Positions 9,792-20,286 of a stretch of 64,000 bases of DNA are shown piece after piece. The translations under genes and the position numbers were made by a program. The notes under the pieces were generated by a model. It was given only the letters and a program-made list of their open reading frames with translations, was not told where the DNA came from and searched no databases. The stretch comes from Acetobacteraceae bacterium (GTDB lineage: Bacteria; Pseudomonadota; Alphaproteobacteria; Acetobacterales; Acetobacteraceae). Location of the stretch: assembly GCA_031555315.1 (NCBI GenBank), contig JAVBUO010000001.1, forward strand, positions 6,275 through 70,274. The letters run 5' to 3'. The number at the start of each line of letters is the position of its first letter. Positions within the stretch are counted from its first letter, which is position 1.

Positions 9792-10577
9792 ATGCTTGTT
9801 CGCAGCACTGGAGCAGTTGCGTTTGTTTTCGGATCTCTGCTGGCCGTCGTGCCCAGCAAGGATGCCGATGCCAACGCGGTTGGACGTGCGCAGGCATCCG
9901 TCCGCAGCCAGAATGCACAGCAGCGCGTTCAGCAGGCACGCGCGCAGCGCGTCCGTCCGCAGCAGGTGAACCGCAACCGCAGCCAGCGCAATGTCCGCCG
10001 TGCTTCCTATCGCGGCGGGCTGCAGTGCGTGCCGTTCGCACGCAATCTGTCCGGCGTTCAGATCCGTGGTAACGCCCATACGTGGTGGGGTCAGGCCGAA
10101 GGCGTCTACCAGCGTGGTGGCCGCCCTGAACTGGGCAGCGTGATGTCGTTCCGCTCGAACGGGACGATGCGGCTCGGCCATGTCGCCGTTGTCACCAGCA
10201 TCATCAGCGCGCGCGAGATTCGCATCGATCACGCCAACTGGTCGCGCGGCGCCGTTACCCGCGGTATGCGGGTGATCGACGTGTCGCCCGATAACAGCTG
10301 GACGTCCGTGCAGGTCGGCAGCTACGGGCCCAACGGGGTTCCCGGACGCACTGTCTATGCGATCAACGGATTTATCTACCCGCGCGCCGAACCGGACATT
10401 TCATACGCGTCGCTCGAGAACCGTCAGACTCGCGGCGCCTCCAGGCGCAATGCGACGCCGGCCGCAGCCGTTCAGGTTGCCGCAACAACGCAGCAGGCTT
10501 CGGCGCCTTGGGTCTTCCGATATGAAGAACTGGCCGAAGCTTCCAGGAATAACGTGGATCTGACTCGCGGACGTTAA
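9792..10577 (+). CDS. Secreted CHAP-domain peptidoglycan hydrolase
   Basis: ATG 9792 inside ORF 9777..10577, with GAGGAG 8 nt upstream. Signal peptide present. CHAP Cys/His motifs LQCVPFAR and RLGHVAVV. Confidence 0.8.
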   Translation: MLVRSTGAVAFVFGSLLAVVPSKDADANAVGRAQASVRSQNAQQRVQQARAQRVRPQQVNRNRSQRNVRRASYRGGLQCVPFARNLSGVQIRGNAHTWWGQAEGVYQRGGRPELGSVMSFRSNGTMRLGHVAVVTSIISAREIRIDHANWSRGAVTRGMRVIDVSPDNSWTSVQVGSYGPNGVPGRTVYAINGFIYPRAEPDISYASLENRQTRGASRRNATPAAAVQVAATTQQASAPWVFRYEELAEASRNNVDLTRGR

Positions 10578-10624
10578 GTCTTCGGGTGCAGATGAAGCCT
10601 GCAAAGGTGGATTGAGGCGAACAG

Positions 10625-10657
10625 AAAAGGCACACGGTGTGTGCCTTTTTTGTTTTT
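10625..10657 (+). terminator. Intrinsic terminator after the CHAP gene
   Basis: GGCACAC-GGT-GTGTGCC stem flanked by AAAA/TTTTTTGTTTTT. Confidence 0.75.
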
Positions 10658-10810
10658 CAGCTTTGGTGCTGGGGCTTCTCCTGGCTGGAATCCGTGCGGG
10701 TGCACATATATCCTTTTCCGGATAGACTGGCCTGTCTTCAAGTTTTCTTCCGTTTGTCCGCCCTCTAACCGGAACCGGAAGGTGCTTTACTGGAAAACGG
10801 GTGAAATCAC

Positions 10811-11545
10811 GTGGCTTCTTGTTTGCACGACCTGACAGCTCTTGGTCCGGGAGGACTGGCGGCCTTGGCACTCAGCCTGTTTCTGGCTGGCCTGGCGGGT
10901 GGATTTACGCATTGCGTCGGCATGTGCGGGCCGTTCGTGCTGGCCCAAGCGGATGCGGCACGCGCCAACGGCATCTGCCTGCGCAGCCTGCGTCAGGCAC
11001 CGCTGGCGCTGCTGGCCCCTTACCATCTGGGGCGGCTGCTGGGATACACGATATTGGGGGCCATCGCCGGGTTCTCGGGCTCCCTGCTGGTGCTGGGCGC
11101 CAATAATTTCCGGCTGCCGTTCGCGCTCCTGCTTCTTCTGGCCGCCCTGCTGCTGACCGCGCAGGCCGTGCCTGCGCTCGCCAGGGTACGCTTGTTCAAG
11201 TTCGGCGGACTTCCTCAGACGCTTGCAACGCGCATCAAGAGTCTGATCGGCGCCCCCGGAGTCGGGCGCGGCGTTCTGCTGGGTTTTCTGCTCAGCGCCC
11301 TGCCCTGCGGCATGATCTATGGCGCGCTGGCAGCGGCCGGCGCATCCGGCAGCGCGCTGGCGGGGGCGATCAGCATGGCGGCCTTTGCCAGCGGCACTAT
11401 CCCCGCGCTGGCATTGCTGGCCGTCATCGGCCGGTTTTTCGGACGCCAGGCAGGGCCGCTGGCGGAACGCCTGCGCCCCTTTCTGTTCGGTCTGAATGCG
11501 ATCATCCTGACTGCTCTGGCGATTCGCATCCTGTCGGGGATGTAG
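10811..11545 (+). CDS. TauE/SafE-DsbD_2-like membrane protein with HCxxMCGP motif
   Basis: ORF 10811..11545 (GTG start). Multi-pass, with GGFTHCVGMCGPF in the first helix. From memory, this family often neighbours cbb3 assembly genes. Confidence 0.7.
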   Translation: MASCLHDLTALGPGGLAALALSLFLAGLAGGFTHCVGMCGPFVLAQADAARANGICLRSLRQAPLALLAPYHLGRLLGYTILGAIAGFSGSLLVLGANNFRLPFALLLLLAALLLTAQAVPALARVRLFKFGGLPQTLATRIKSLIGAPGVGRGVLLGFLLSALPCGMIYGALAAAGASGSALAGAISMAAFASGTIPALALLAVIGRFFGRQAGPLAERLRPFLFGLNAIILTALAIRILSGM

Positions 11546-11560
11546 ATCGGCCGCTCGCCG

Positions 11561-12370
11561 TCAGACCGAACCGGTCCTTGGATACCGGAAAACATCCTTA
11601 TAGGCATGCCATGTTGCGTAACCGATGACTGGAAGAACGATTGCCAGCCCGAACAGCAGCAGTACCAACCCCAATCCGACCGACAAAACGATCAACACCG
11701 CCCAGAAAATCATCGCGGATGGGTTGGTGCGTATGGCGTTCAGACTCGCACGCATGGCATCGGTTACCATTGATTGGGGACGATCCATCAAAAATGGTAT
11801 GGCAAAAGCGCAACATACGAACGTAAACGTAGCAAAAATTCCTCCCACCAGGGTACCGAAAACCAATAAAGGCAGTACCCCGTCACTTTGTAACAAGGAA
11901 GAACCCATATCGGGGAGTGTGCCGCCAAAACCGCTGCCGTAGAAGATAGGCAACATTAACTGAGCAACCCGTACCCATGCGAGATGAACAATAAGAAGAA
12001 AAAAACCCAATAAACCAATCTGAGTCGCATTAATTCGCCAGGCACAGAATGCATTTATCAAGGATATCTTCTCTCCGGCCTCAAGTTTCCGGCTCGTTTC
12101 ATACAGACCAATGGCAATAACCGGGGCAACGATGAAAAATCCGGAGGTAAGTGGAAATATCAACCACAATTGCTCGGTATACAGGGCGAGCCACGCCAAC
12201 AACCATCCGAACACTACAAAAACACCGCCGTATATAATTGATATAAAAGGATTAGCACAAAAGTCCCGCCAACCGGCTTCCAACCATACCCACGGTCTGT
12301 CTACCGGTACCCGCCGGGGAATTGGGACGATCAGCTCCCCGGGGGTGGTGGTTTCTCCGACCATTTTCAT
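11561..12370 (-). CDS. DUF2189-like integral membrane protein
   Basis: ORF 11561..12370 with ATG start. Multi-pass with N-terminal [19 protein letters not shown]. Divergent from ccoN and markedly AT-richer than its neighbours. Confidence 0.75.
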   Translation of the reverse strand: MKMVGETTTPGELIVPIPRRVPVDRPWVWLEAGWRDFCANPFISIIYGGVFVVFGWLLAWLALYTEQLWLIFPLTSGFFIVAPVIAIGLYETSRKLEAGEKISLINAFCAWRINATQIGLLGFFLLIVHLAWVRVAQLMLPIFYGSGFGGTLPDMGSSLLQSDGVLPLLVFGTLVGGIFATFTFVCCAFAIPFLMDRPQSMVTDAMRASLNAIRTNPSAMIFWAVLIVLSVGLGLVLLLFGLAIVLPVIGYATWHAYKDVFRYPRTGSV

Positions 12371-12415
12371 TCCCCTCTGATTTAGTAAAAGCTATGCTAT
12401 ATCATGGTGGTGAAG

Positions 12416-12429
12416 TTGATCAGCATCAA
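12416..12429. promoter_or_regulatory. FNR/FixK box TTGAT-CAGC-ATCAA
   Basis: Perfect match to TTGAT-N4-ATCAA. It sits 58 nt upstream of the ccoN ATG, in the 116-bp divergent region shared with the DUF2189 gene. Confidence 0.7.
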
Positions 12430-12486
12430 TGCATAAATGCGGTCAGATATGACCCTTGTTTCGTGATCTTTCCTGAGGCTAGAACC

Positions 12487-13965
12487 ATGTCCGCAACAAC
12501 TGCCGACGCGTTTCATCCTGTAGCTGTGGCACGCGCTACGCCACGCTATGTTGAAGACGCCATCCGCGCTTTCACCATCGCAACCATGTTCTGGGGCGTC
12601 GCCGGGTTCATACTCGGCATTTTCGTTGCCGCAGAACTCGCTTTTCCAGAAACTTTCGCCTGGGGGCTGGAGTGGTTCACATTCGGCCGCGTCCGTCCCG
12701 CACACACCAGCGCGGTGATTTTTGCCTTTGGTGGCAATGCATTGCTGGGAACATCGCTCTACATCGTGCAGCGCACGTGTAAGGCACGCCTGTTCGGTGG
12801 CGCACCCGCCGCCTGGTTCCTGTTCTGGGGCTACAACTTCTTCATCGTAGCGGCCGCGGTCGGCTATCTGCTGGGCGTCACCCAGAGCAAGGAATACGCC
12901 GAACCGGAATGGTTCGTTGACCTGTGGCTGACCGTCGTCTGGGTCGCCTATCTGGTCATCTATGCCGGCACGCTGTTCAAGCGGGAGGAACCCCACATTT
13001 ATGTGGCGAACTGGTTCTACCTCAGCTTCATCATCACCATCGCGATGCTGCATATCGGCAACAATATCTCGATCCCGGTCGGCCTCTCGTCGCGCTCCTA
13101 TGAAGTGGCCTCGGGCGTGCAGTCGGCGATGATCCAGTGGTGGTACGGCCACAATGCGGTGGGCTTCTTCCTGACCGCCGGCTTCCTGGGCATGATGTAC
13201 TACTTCATCCCCAAGCAGGCCAACCGTCCCGTCTATTCGTACCGTCTGTCGATCGTGCACTTCTGGGCGCTGATCTTCCTGTACATCTGGGCCGGCCCGC
13301 ACCATCTGCACTACACCGCGCTGCCGGAATGGGCCCAGACACTGGGCATGGTCTTCAGCATCATGCTGTGGATGCCGTCATGGGGCGGGATGATCAACGG
13401 TCTGATGACCCTGTCGGGCGCCTGGGACAAGCTGCGCACCGATCCGGCGCTGCGCTTCAGCGTGACGGCGGTGGCGTTCTACGCGATGTCCACCTTCGAA
13501 GGCCCGGTCATGTCGATCAAGGCCGTCAACTCGCTGTCGCACTACACCGACTGGACCGTCGGGCATGTGCATGCGGGCGCGCTGGGCTGGAACGGCTTCA
13601 TCATCTTCGGTGCCATCTACTGGCTGGTGCCGGTGCTGTGGAACCGCGAACGCATCTACAGCACACGTCTGATCTCGTGGCACTTCTGGATCGCAACGCT
13701 TGGTATCGTGCTCTACATCACCGCGATGTGGGTGTCGGGTATCATGCAGGGTCTGATGTGGCGCACCTATGACTCGATGAACTTCCTGCAGTATTCGTTC
13801 ATCGAAACCGTGGTTGCCATGCATCCCTTCTATGTCATCCGTTTCCTGGGTGGCGTGCTGTTCCTGCTCGGTTCGCTGATCATGTGCTGGAACCTTTATA
13901 AGACAATCACTTCTGTCGCTCCGCGCACCGTGCGTGACGAAGCTGCAGCGACTGTAGCGGCCTGA
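12487..13965 (+). CDS. ccoN: cbb3-type cytochrome c oxidase subunit I
   Basis: Internal ATG 12487 of ORF 12322..13965, with GAGG upstream. Typical CcoN sequence: [21 protein letters not shown]... and [16 protein letters not shown]. Confidence 0.95.
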   Translation: MSATTADAFHPVAVARATPRYVEDAIRAFTIATMFWGVAGFILGIFVAAELAFPETFAWGLEWFTFGRVRPAHTSAVIFAFGGNALLGTSLYIVQRTCKARLFGGAPAAWFLFWGYNFFIVAAAVGYLLGVTQSKEYAEPEWFVDLWLTVVWVAYLVIYAGTLFKREEPHIYVANWFYLSFIITIAMLHIGNNISIPVGLSSRSYEVASGVQSAMIQWWYGHNAVGFFLTAGFLGMMYYFIPKQANRPVYSYRLSIVHFWALIFLYIWAGPHHLHYTALPEWAQTLGMVFSIMLWMPSWGGMINGLMTLSGAWDKLRTDPALRFSVTAVAFYAMSTFEGPVMSIKAVNSLSHYTDWTVGHVHAGALGWNGFIIFGAIYWLVPVLWNRERIYSTRLISWHFWIATLGIVLYITAMWVSGIMQGLMWRTYDSMNFLQYSFIETVVAMHPFYVIRFLGGVLFLLGSLIMCWNLYKTITSVAPRTVRDEAAATVAA

Positions 13966-13978
13966 GGGGTATGGTATC

Positions 13979-14704
13979 ATGGCGTTGAAACACGCAACGA
14001 TCGAAAAGAACGTTATTCTACTGGCCGTGCTGTCACTGATAACCGTCAGCATCGGCGGGATCGTTCAGATCATCCCGCTGTTCTCTCTCGAGAACACCAT
14101 CGAGCCCGTCGAGGGGATGCGTCCGCGCACCCCGCTCGAACAGGCGGGCTTCAACATCTACATTCGTGAAGGATGTTATACCTGCCACAGCCAGCAGATC
14201 CGTCCGTTCCGCGACGAACTGGAACGTTACGGGCACTACTCGCTGGCTGCGGAAAGCCAGTACGACCATCCGTTCCAGTGGGGCTCCAAGCGTAACGGCC
14301 CCGATCTGGCCCGCGTGGGTGGCCGTTACTCCGATGCCTGGCATGTCTCGCATCTGATCAATCCGCGTGAACAGGTGCCGCAGAGCATCATGCCGTCCTA
14401 TCCGTTCCTGAACCGTCCGCTGCAGTACGACGACATTGCCAAGCATCTTGAAGTGCTGGCGATGGTCGGCGTTCCCTATACGGCTGAACAGATCGCCAAT
14501 GCGCGGGCCGATCTGGAAGCCCAGGCGGGGGCGGATGCCGACTGGACCGCTGGCGGAACCCGCTATCCGAATTCACGTCAGGTGAACTGGGACGGCAGAC
14601 AGTCTGGCACCGTCACGGAAATGGACGCTCTGGTGGCCTATCTGCAGATGCTGGGCACGCTCGTCCAGTTCCGCGATGTCACACCGCGCGAGCATCTCCG
14701 GTAA
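13979..14704 (+). CDS. ccoO: cbb3 oxidase mono-heme subunit II
   Basis: ORF 13979..14704. Heme motif CYTCHSQ and [17 protein letters not shown]. Confidence 0.95.
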   Translation: MALKHATIEKNVILLAVLSLITVSIGGIVQIIPLFSLENTIEPVEGMRPRTPLEQAGFNIYIREGCYTCHSQQIRPFRDELERYGHYSLAAESQYDHPFQWGSKRNGPDLARVGGRYSDAWHVSHLINPREQVPQSIMPSYPFLNRPLQYDDIAKHLEVLAMVGVPYTAEQIANARADLEAQAGADADWTAGGTRYPNSRQVNWDGRQSGTVTEMDALVAYLQMLGTLVQFRDVTPREHLR

Positions 14705-14722
14705 CTTACGGGTATTCATCAC

Positions 14723-14875
14723 ATGGACACGCTCATTCAACATTACCCAGTCCTGAAGCAGATATGGATCATCTGGTCCGTGCTACTTTTCATCGGGATC
14801 GTCGCTTGGGCGTTGTGGCCCAGCAGAAGCAAGGAAATGGAACGCCTTGCCAAGCTGCCACTCGAAAAGGATTGA
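14723..14875 (+). CDS. ccoQ: cbb3 oxidase small subunit CcoQ (50 aa)
   Basis: Below the ORF-track cutoff; hand translated as MDTLIQHYPVLKQIWIIWSVLLFIGIVAWALWPSRSKEMERLAKLPLEKD. Single TM, correct position between ccoO and ccoP. Confidence 0.7.
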   Translation: MDTLIQHYPVLKQIWIIWSVLLFIGIVAWALWPSRSKEMERLAKLPLEKD

Positions 14876-14884
14876 GGCATCGTC

Positions 14885-15772
14885 ATGCCAGCTAAAATCG
14901 AAAAAGACGCCGTCACCGGCACACCGACGACCGGCCACGAATGGGACGGGATCAAGGAGCTCAACACGCCCCTTCCCAAGTGGTGGGTCTGGACCTTCTA
15001 CGCGACCATTGTTTTCTCGGTCCTGTGGGTGATCCTGTATCCGGCCATCCCCTTGCCCGGCGGTCCCACGCGCGGGGTTCTGGGCTGGTCGGCGCGCGAG
15101 GCCGTCGAGCAGGAAGTCAAACTGGTCGAGGCCAGCCGACAGACCATGCTCGAGCGGATCAGCGCCACCACCCCGCAGGCGATCATGGCCACCCCCGAGC
15201 TGCGCGAGTTTGCGCTGGCCGGCGGCAAGGTTCTGTTCGCCAACACCTGTCAGGGCTGTCATGGGGCCGGTGGCCAGGGCGCTCCCGGCGGCTTCCCCAG
15301 TCTGGCGGACGACGACTGGATCTGGGGCGGCTCGTTCGACGCCATCGAAACCACGATTACCCACGGTATTCGTGCGCCCGATGACGACATGACCCGCCAG
15401 AGCCAGATGTCGCGCTTCGGAGCGGACGGCATTCTGACAGCAGCCCAGATCAACGACGTGGCCGAATATGTGCTGAGCCTGTCCACCCCCAGCCGGGCGA
15501 CCGATGCGGCTGCGGCTCAGCGCGGGGCGTCTATCTTCTCCGAGAACTGCGCGACGTGCCACTCGGAGAACGGCCGCGGCGACCCGAATTTCGGTGCGCC
15601 TAATCTGGCCGATCAGATCTGGCTGTATGGCGGCGACAAGGCCTCGATCGTACAGACGATCACTTATGCGCGCTCGGGTGTGATGCCCGCATGGGGACAC
15701 AACAACCGCCTGACCCCTGCTCAGATCCGCATGTTGACCGTTTATGTTCACAGCCTCGGAGGGGGCCAATAA
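14885..15772 (+). CDS. ccoP: cbb3 oxidase di-heme subunit III
   Basis: ORF 14885..15772. Two CxxCH motifs (CQGCHG, CATCHS) and N-terminal GHEWDGIKELNTPLPKWW. Confidence 0.95.
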   Translation: MPAKIEKDAVTGTPTTGHEWDGIKELNTPLPKWWVWTFYATIVFSVLWVILYPAIPLPGGPTRGVLGWSAREAVEQEVKLVEASRQTMLERISATTPQAIMATPELREFALAGGKVLFANTCQGCHGAGGQGAPGGFPSLADDDWIWGGSFDAIETTITHGIRAPDDDMTRQSQMSRFGADGILTAAQINDVAEYVLSLSTPSRATDAAAAQRGASIFSENCATCHSENGRGDPNFGAPNLADQIWLYGGDKASIVQTITYARSGVMPAWGHNNRLTPAQIRMLTVYVHSLGGGQ

Positions 15773-15781
15773 AGGTCTGAT

Positions 15782-17281
15782 ATGAACGCTATTAACACCA
15801 AACCAGAGGAGGCCGACGCACAGTCGGCCTCCCTTTATGCCTCCAGAGTTCGGGTTTATCCCGCACGCGTAAGTGGGCTGGTCCGCACGGTCAAATGGGC
15901 TGTGCTGATCACGATCCTGGTACTTTATTACATTGTCCCGTGGTTCCGTTGGGATCGCGGCCCGGGGGTTCCCAATCAGGCGATCCTGATGGATCTCCGC
16001 GGCACCCGCGCCTATCTGCTGAATATCGAAATTTATCCACAGGAAATTTATTTTCTCACCGGATTGCTGATTCTTGGTGCCGTCGGCCTGTTCGCCGCGA
16101 CCTCGCTCTTTGGCCGTCTATGGTGCGGATTCACCTGCCCGCAAACCATCTGGACGGATCTGTTCATGTGGGTCGAACGGCTGATCCAGGGTGATCGCAA
16201 CGCGCGCATGCGTCTGGATCGCGGACCTTGGACCGCCAATAGAATCGTCAAGAAGGTCGCGACACATGCGGCCTGGATCCTGATCGCCCTGCTGACAGGG
16301 GGCGCATGGATCTCGTACTTCATCGATGCTCCCACCCTCGCCCGCACCCTTTTCACCGGGCAGGCCAGCGGCGCAACCTACTTCTTCCTTCTGCTGTTCA
16401 CGACGACGACCTATCTGCTGGCCGGATGGGCACGCGAGCAGGTCTGCACCTATATGTGCCCGTGGCCGCGTTTCCAGGCCGCCATGCTGGACGAACAGAC
16501 CTATGTCGTCAGCTATCGCGGTTGGCGTGGCGAGCCGCGTGGCTCGCACAAAGCGAACACCAGTTGGGACGGTCATGGCGATTGCATCGACTGCATGCAG
16601 TGCGTCAACGTCTGCCCGACCGGCATCGACATCCGTGACGGCATTCAGTTGGAGTGCATCGCATGCGGTCTGTGCATCGATGCCTGCAACAATATCATGG
16701 ACAAGGTCGGCCGGCCGCGCGGGTTGATCGCGTTCGAAACCCTGTCGAACCTGAACGCCTCGGAAGCCACCACCCAGACGATGCCGATCGGCCCCGATCG
16801 CGTTGCGGCCGGTATGGCTTCGCGCAAGGTGGCCAAATGGGTCCGTCCGCGCACGGTGCTTTACGCCACTCTGCTGAGCGCCGTCTCGGCCCTGATGATT
16901 GTTGCATTCAATCTGCGTTCACATACCAACCTGACCATCCTGCGCGATCGCGCGCCGGTGTTCGTGCAGCTTTCGGACGGCGGCATCCGCAACAGCTTCA
17001 CCGTCAAGGTGGAAAACCGTACACGCACCCCTGAAACCTACGTGCTGAGCGTGAGCGGCCTGCCGGATATCGAGATGACGGTCATCGGCTTGGAAACCAA
17101 TGCCGCTGGACAGGTCGAGCTGCCGATCCGGCCCGATCACATCGAAAGCTGGCGTGTCCTGCTGTCGGTGCCGCCCGGACAGGTTCCGCACGGATCGGTT
17201 CCTGTCGAATTCCAACTGAGAACCCAACAGGGGCAACCCGTTATCAGCCAGGGGAGCGTTTTCATTGGCCCATCCCGCTGA
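15782..17281 (+). CDS. ccoG: cbb3 assembly ferredoxin-type protein CcoG/FixG
   Basis: ORF 15782..17281. Motifs LWCGFTCPQT, CTYMCPWPRFQ and the 4Fe-4S motifs CIDCMQCVNVCP / CIACGLCIDAC. Confidence 0.9.
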   Translation: MNAINTKPEEADAQSASLYASRVRVYPARVSGLVRTVKWAVLITILVLYYIVPWFRWDRGPGVPNQAILMDLRGTRAYLLNIEIYPQEIYFLTGLLILGAVGLFAATSLFGRLWCGFTCPQTIWTDLFMWVERLIQGDRNARMRLDRGPWTANRIVKKVATHAAWILIALLTGGAWISYFIDAPTLARTLFTGQASGATYFFLLLFTTTTYLLAGWAREQVCTYMCPWPRFQAAMLDEQTYVVSYRGWRGEPRGSHKANTSWDGHGDCIDCMQCVNVCPTGIDIRDGIQLECIACGLCIDACNNIMDKVGRPRGLIAFETLSNLNASEATTQTMPIGPDRVAAGMASRKVAKWVRPRTVLYATLLSAVSALMIVAFNLRSHTNLTILRDRAPVFVQLSDGGIRNSFTVKVENRTRTPETYVLSVSGLPDIEMTVIGLETNAAGQVELPIRPDHIESWRVLLSVPPGQVPHGSVPVEFQLRTQQGQPVISQGSVFIGPSR

Positions 17282-17756
17282 CTTCGCGAACGCGCGTCCG
17301 GCGCGCCGTTCCCTCTGGATCCCGTTTGTTTACGTCGGCTGCATGATGGTGGTCTTCGTGACCAACGGGGTCCTGATCTGGAAAGCTCTGTCCACTTTCC
17401 CGGGCCTGACGACAGATCACGCCTATGAACAGGGCCGTCTCTACAATCAGGTTCTCGAGGAAGCGGCCCTGCAGGATGCCATCGGACTGAGGGTCGCCAT
17501 CACATATGAAGGCGACCGGATCCAGCTGGCGATCGTGCAGAAAGACGGGACTCCTCTGGAAGAGGCGCGCATCGAAGGCAGGCTTGCACGTCCGCTGACC
17601 GACGAGTTCATCCCGTTGGAGTTCGTTGCCGCCGGTAATGGCCATTGGTACGCAATATCTGCCGCCCCGATTCCGCCCGGGCAGTGGAACGCACAAATCA
17701 CCACCCATGTTTCGGCCGGTAAGGTCGAGACCGTTCAAAGACTGGTCCTGCGATGA
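17265..17756 (+). CDS. ccoH: FixH/CcoH-family protein
   Basis: ORF 17265..17756. The start is TTG with GGGGAG 8 nt upstream; the only in-frame ATGs lie inside the TM helix. It overlaps the ccoG end. Confidence 0.8.
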   Translation: MAHPADFANARPARRSLWIPFVYVGCMMVVFVTNGVLIWKALSTFPGLTTDHAYEQGRLYNQVLEEAALQDAIGLRVAITYEGDRIQLAIVQKDGTPLEEARIEGRLARPLTDEFIPLEFVAAGNGHWYAISAAPIPPGQWNAQITTHVSAGKVETVQRLVLR

Positions 17757-20107
17757 ACATCTCTCGTCCTGTACGCACGGCAACGAGCGGGGTTTCGACC
17801 CTGACTCGCTGTCTGCATTGCGGGGCGGAGAACAAGGATGCCGCCTCGAACTTCTGCTGTACGGGATGCGAGGCCGCCTATGCACTGATCTCGGGCCTCG
17901 GGCTCGACACTTTCTATGCGCGGCGCGAAGGTCAGACCGAAGGAACTTTGCGCCCGCAGATGGAAGACCTGCCGCAGGGGTTTTCCACGCGCGCGGAATC
18001 GCTCTCCGACGGCAGATATTCGATCGACCTGATGGTGATGGGCCTGACATGCGGTGCATGTGTCTGGCTGATCGAGCAGACCCTGGCCACAGACCCCGTC
18101 ATCCGCAAGGCGCGCGTGTCGCTTTCCACGCGGCGGTTGACCGTGGAATGGACCGGCACACCTGAACATGCCGATGTCATCGCCGCCAACGTGGCAAGGC
18201 TGGGCTTCAGGGTCGCCCCGTGGACGCCGGCCTGCCTGGCCGCCGGGGACGACGCCGAACGGCGTTCGCTGATCTGGGCGCTGGGGATCGCGGCCTTCGG
18301 GTCGATGAACGTGATGCTGGTCTCGGTCGCGGTCTGGGCCGGCACGGACATGGGCGATGCGACGCGCAGTCTGATGCACTGGCTGTCGGCGCTGTTCGGC
18401 ATGCCGGTGATCCTGATCTCGGGCATGCCGTTCTATCGTTCGGCATGGCGCGCGCTGCGGGCCGGACGCGCCAACATGGACACCGCGATCTCGCTCGCCG
18501 TGCTGCTGACCGGCGCGATGAGCCTGAGCGAGACGCTGCGCAACGGCACCTACACCTGGTTCGACGGCGCGACGCTGCTGCTGTTTCTGTTGCTGGTCGG
18601 CCGCGTGCTGGATCGTGGCGCGCGCAGCCGCGCCCGCCGCGCCGCCGCTGATCTGCTGGCGCTGCAACAGGGTAGCGTCACGCGCCTGGATGCCGACAAT
18701 GTCGCCCGTCTGATCACCGTCGATGCGGTGCGCCGTGGCGACGTGCTGCTGGTCGCTACCGGCGAACGTCTGGCCGTCGATGCCAGCACGAATGCCGATG
18801 CCATTCTGGATATGGCGGTGATCACCGGCGAAAGCCTGCCGCAGAATTTCGCCGCCCATGCGGTCCTGCCGGCCGGCGCCCTGAATATCGGTGCACCTAT
18901 CCGGGTGACGGCGCTGTCGACCAACGCCGATTCCTCGCTGTCCACCATGGTGCGGATGATGGACCGCGCCAGCGAGGCACGCGGGCGATTCGTGACGCTG
19001 GCCGACCAGATGGCCGGATATTATGTGCCGGTCGTGCATGCGTTGGCCTTGCTGACGTTTCTGGGCTGGTGGCTCGGTTTCGGCGCCGACTGGCAGACCG
19101 CGCTGGTGATCGGTGTGTCGGTGCTGATCATCACCTGCCCGTGCGGGTTTGCCATCGCGGTACCATCGGTACAGGTGGTCACCGTCGGCAGCCTGTTCCG
19201 CAAGGGTATTCTGGTGACGTCCGGCACCGCACTCGAACGTCTGGCCCAGGCTGATTACGTGATGTTCGACAAAACCGGCACGCTGACCGCCGGGCACCCC
19301 ACCCTGCTGCCCGATCCTGTGCGCACACCGGAAGACGAGCATCTGGCGGCATCGATCGCGCTCGCTTCGCGCCATCCGCTGGCCCGTGCGCTGGTGCGCG
19401 CCGTTCCCGATATCGCCAGCGTCTCCGGCGATGTGCAGGAAGTGCCCGGCGGCGGTCTGATGATGGGAAATGTCCGGCTGGGCAGTCCGCAGTTCTGCGG
19501 CCTTGCCGACACCGACATGGGCATGGCGCTGGTGCTGGCGCAACCGGAACGCGAACCGGTGGTGTTCCGTTTCTCGGACCGTCTGCGCGCCGATGCCGCA
19601 CAGACCGTGCGTGACCTGCGCGCGCTGGGGATCGAGGCCGAGTTGATGTCCGGCGATGCCGCCGGCGCGGTGGCAGACGCTGCGTGCGCGGTCGGTATAG
19701 AACGCCATACCGCGCGCGCCACGCCCGCCGACAAAGCGGCCCGGCTCGAAACGTTGCGCGCCGAAGGCCGCAAGGTGCTGATGGTCGGCGACGGCGTGAA
19801 CGACGGCCCTGCCCTCGCCGCCGCGCATGTGTCGGCAAGCCCGGCGGGTGCCACCGATCTGGCTCAGGCTGCGTCTGATTTCGTGCTTCAGTCGGGAAAT
19901 CTGCATATACTGGTCGATGCAGTGCATGCTGCACGGCAGGCCCAGACGATCGCCAAGCAGAACATCGGCTTTTCGCTGCTCTACAATGTCGTCGCGGTGC
20001 CGCTGGCCATCTTCGGGCTGGTCATTCCGCCGATCGCCGCCCTGGTGATGACCAGTTCCGGGCTTGTCGTCATTTGTAACTCTTTACGTGCAGGATCAAA
20101 CCGATGA
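17753..20107 (+). CDS. ccoI: Copper-translocating P1B-type ATPase CcoI/FixI
   Basis: ORF 17753..20107. CPC transmembrane motif (ITCPCG), DKTGTLT and VGDGVNDGPALAAA. ATGA overlap with ccoH. Confidence 0.9.
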   Translation: MNISRPVRTATSGVSTLTRCLHCGAENKDAASNFCCTGCEAAYALISGLGLDTFYARREGQTEGTLRPQMEDLPQGFSTRAESLSDGRYSIDLMVMGLTCGACVWLIEQTLATDPVIRKARVSLSTRRLTVEWTGTPEHADVIAANVARLGFRVAPWTPACLAAGDDAERRSLIWALGIAAFGSMNVMLVSVAVWAGTDMGDATRSLMHWLSALFGMPVILISGMPFYRSAWRALRAGRANMDTAISLAVLLTGAMSLSETLRNGTYTWFDGATLLLFLLLVGRVLDRGARSRARRAAADLLALQQGSVTRLDADNVARLITVDAVRRGDVLLVATGERLAVDASTNADAILDMAVITGESLPQNFAAHAVLPAGALNIGAPIRVTALSTNADSSLSTMVRMMDRASEARGRFVTLADQMAGYYVPVVHALALLTFLGWWLGFGADWQTALVIGVSVLIITCPCGFAIAVPSVQVVTVGSLFRKGILVTSGTALERLAQADYVMFDKTGTLTAGHPTLLPDPVRTPEDEHLAASIALASRHPLARALVRAVPDIASVSGDVQEVPGGGLMMGNVRLGSPQFCGLADTDMGMALVLAQPEREPVVFRFSDRLRADAAQTVRDLRALGIEAELMSGDAAGAVADAACAVGIERHTARATPADKAARLETLRAEGRKVLMVGDGVNDGPALAAAHVSASPAGATDLAQAASDFVLQSGNLHILVDAVHAARQAQTIAKQNIGFSLLYNVVAVPLAIFGLVIPPIAALVMTSSGLVVICNSLRAGSNR

Positions 20108-20286
20108 CCGCTTTGCTCCTCCTCGTTCCCCTTACGGCCTTCCTTGCGGTAGTCGGCCTGCTGCTGTTCATCTGGACGGTCCGTACCGGCCAGTACGAAG
20201 ACATGGACGGCGCTGCCAGCCGCATTCTGTTCGATACACCTCCACAATCCTCAACGACCTCTGAAAAGGACAATCAGAATGGTTAG
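20104..20286 (+). CDS. ccoS: cbb3 maturation protein CcoS/FixS
   Basis: ORF 20104..20286. 60 aa, single TM, with GQYEDMDGAASRILFD. ATGA overlap with ccoI. Confidence 0.85.
   Translation: MTALLLLVPLTAFLAVVGLLLFIWTVRTGQYEDMDGAASRILFDTPPQSSTTSEKDNQNG

Noticed and set aside
16033-16041. Perfect DnaA box TTATCCACA inside ccoG.
   Set aside because: It is a single 9-mer inside a coding region, roughly the number expected by chance in 64 kb on two strands. There is no cluster and no AT-rich unwinding element nearby.
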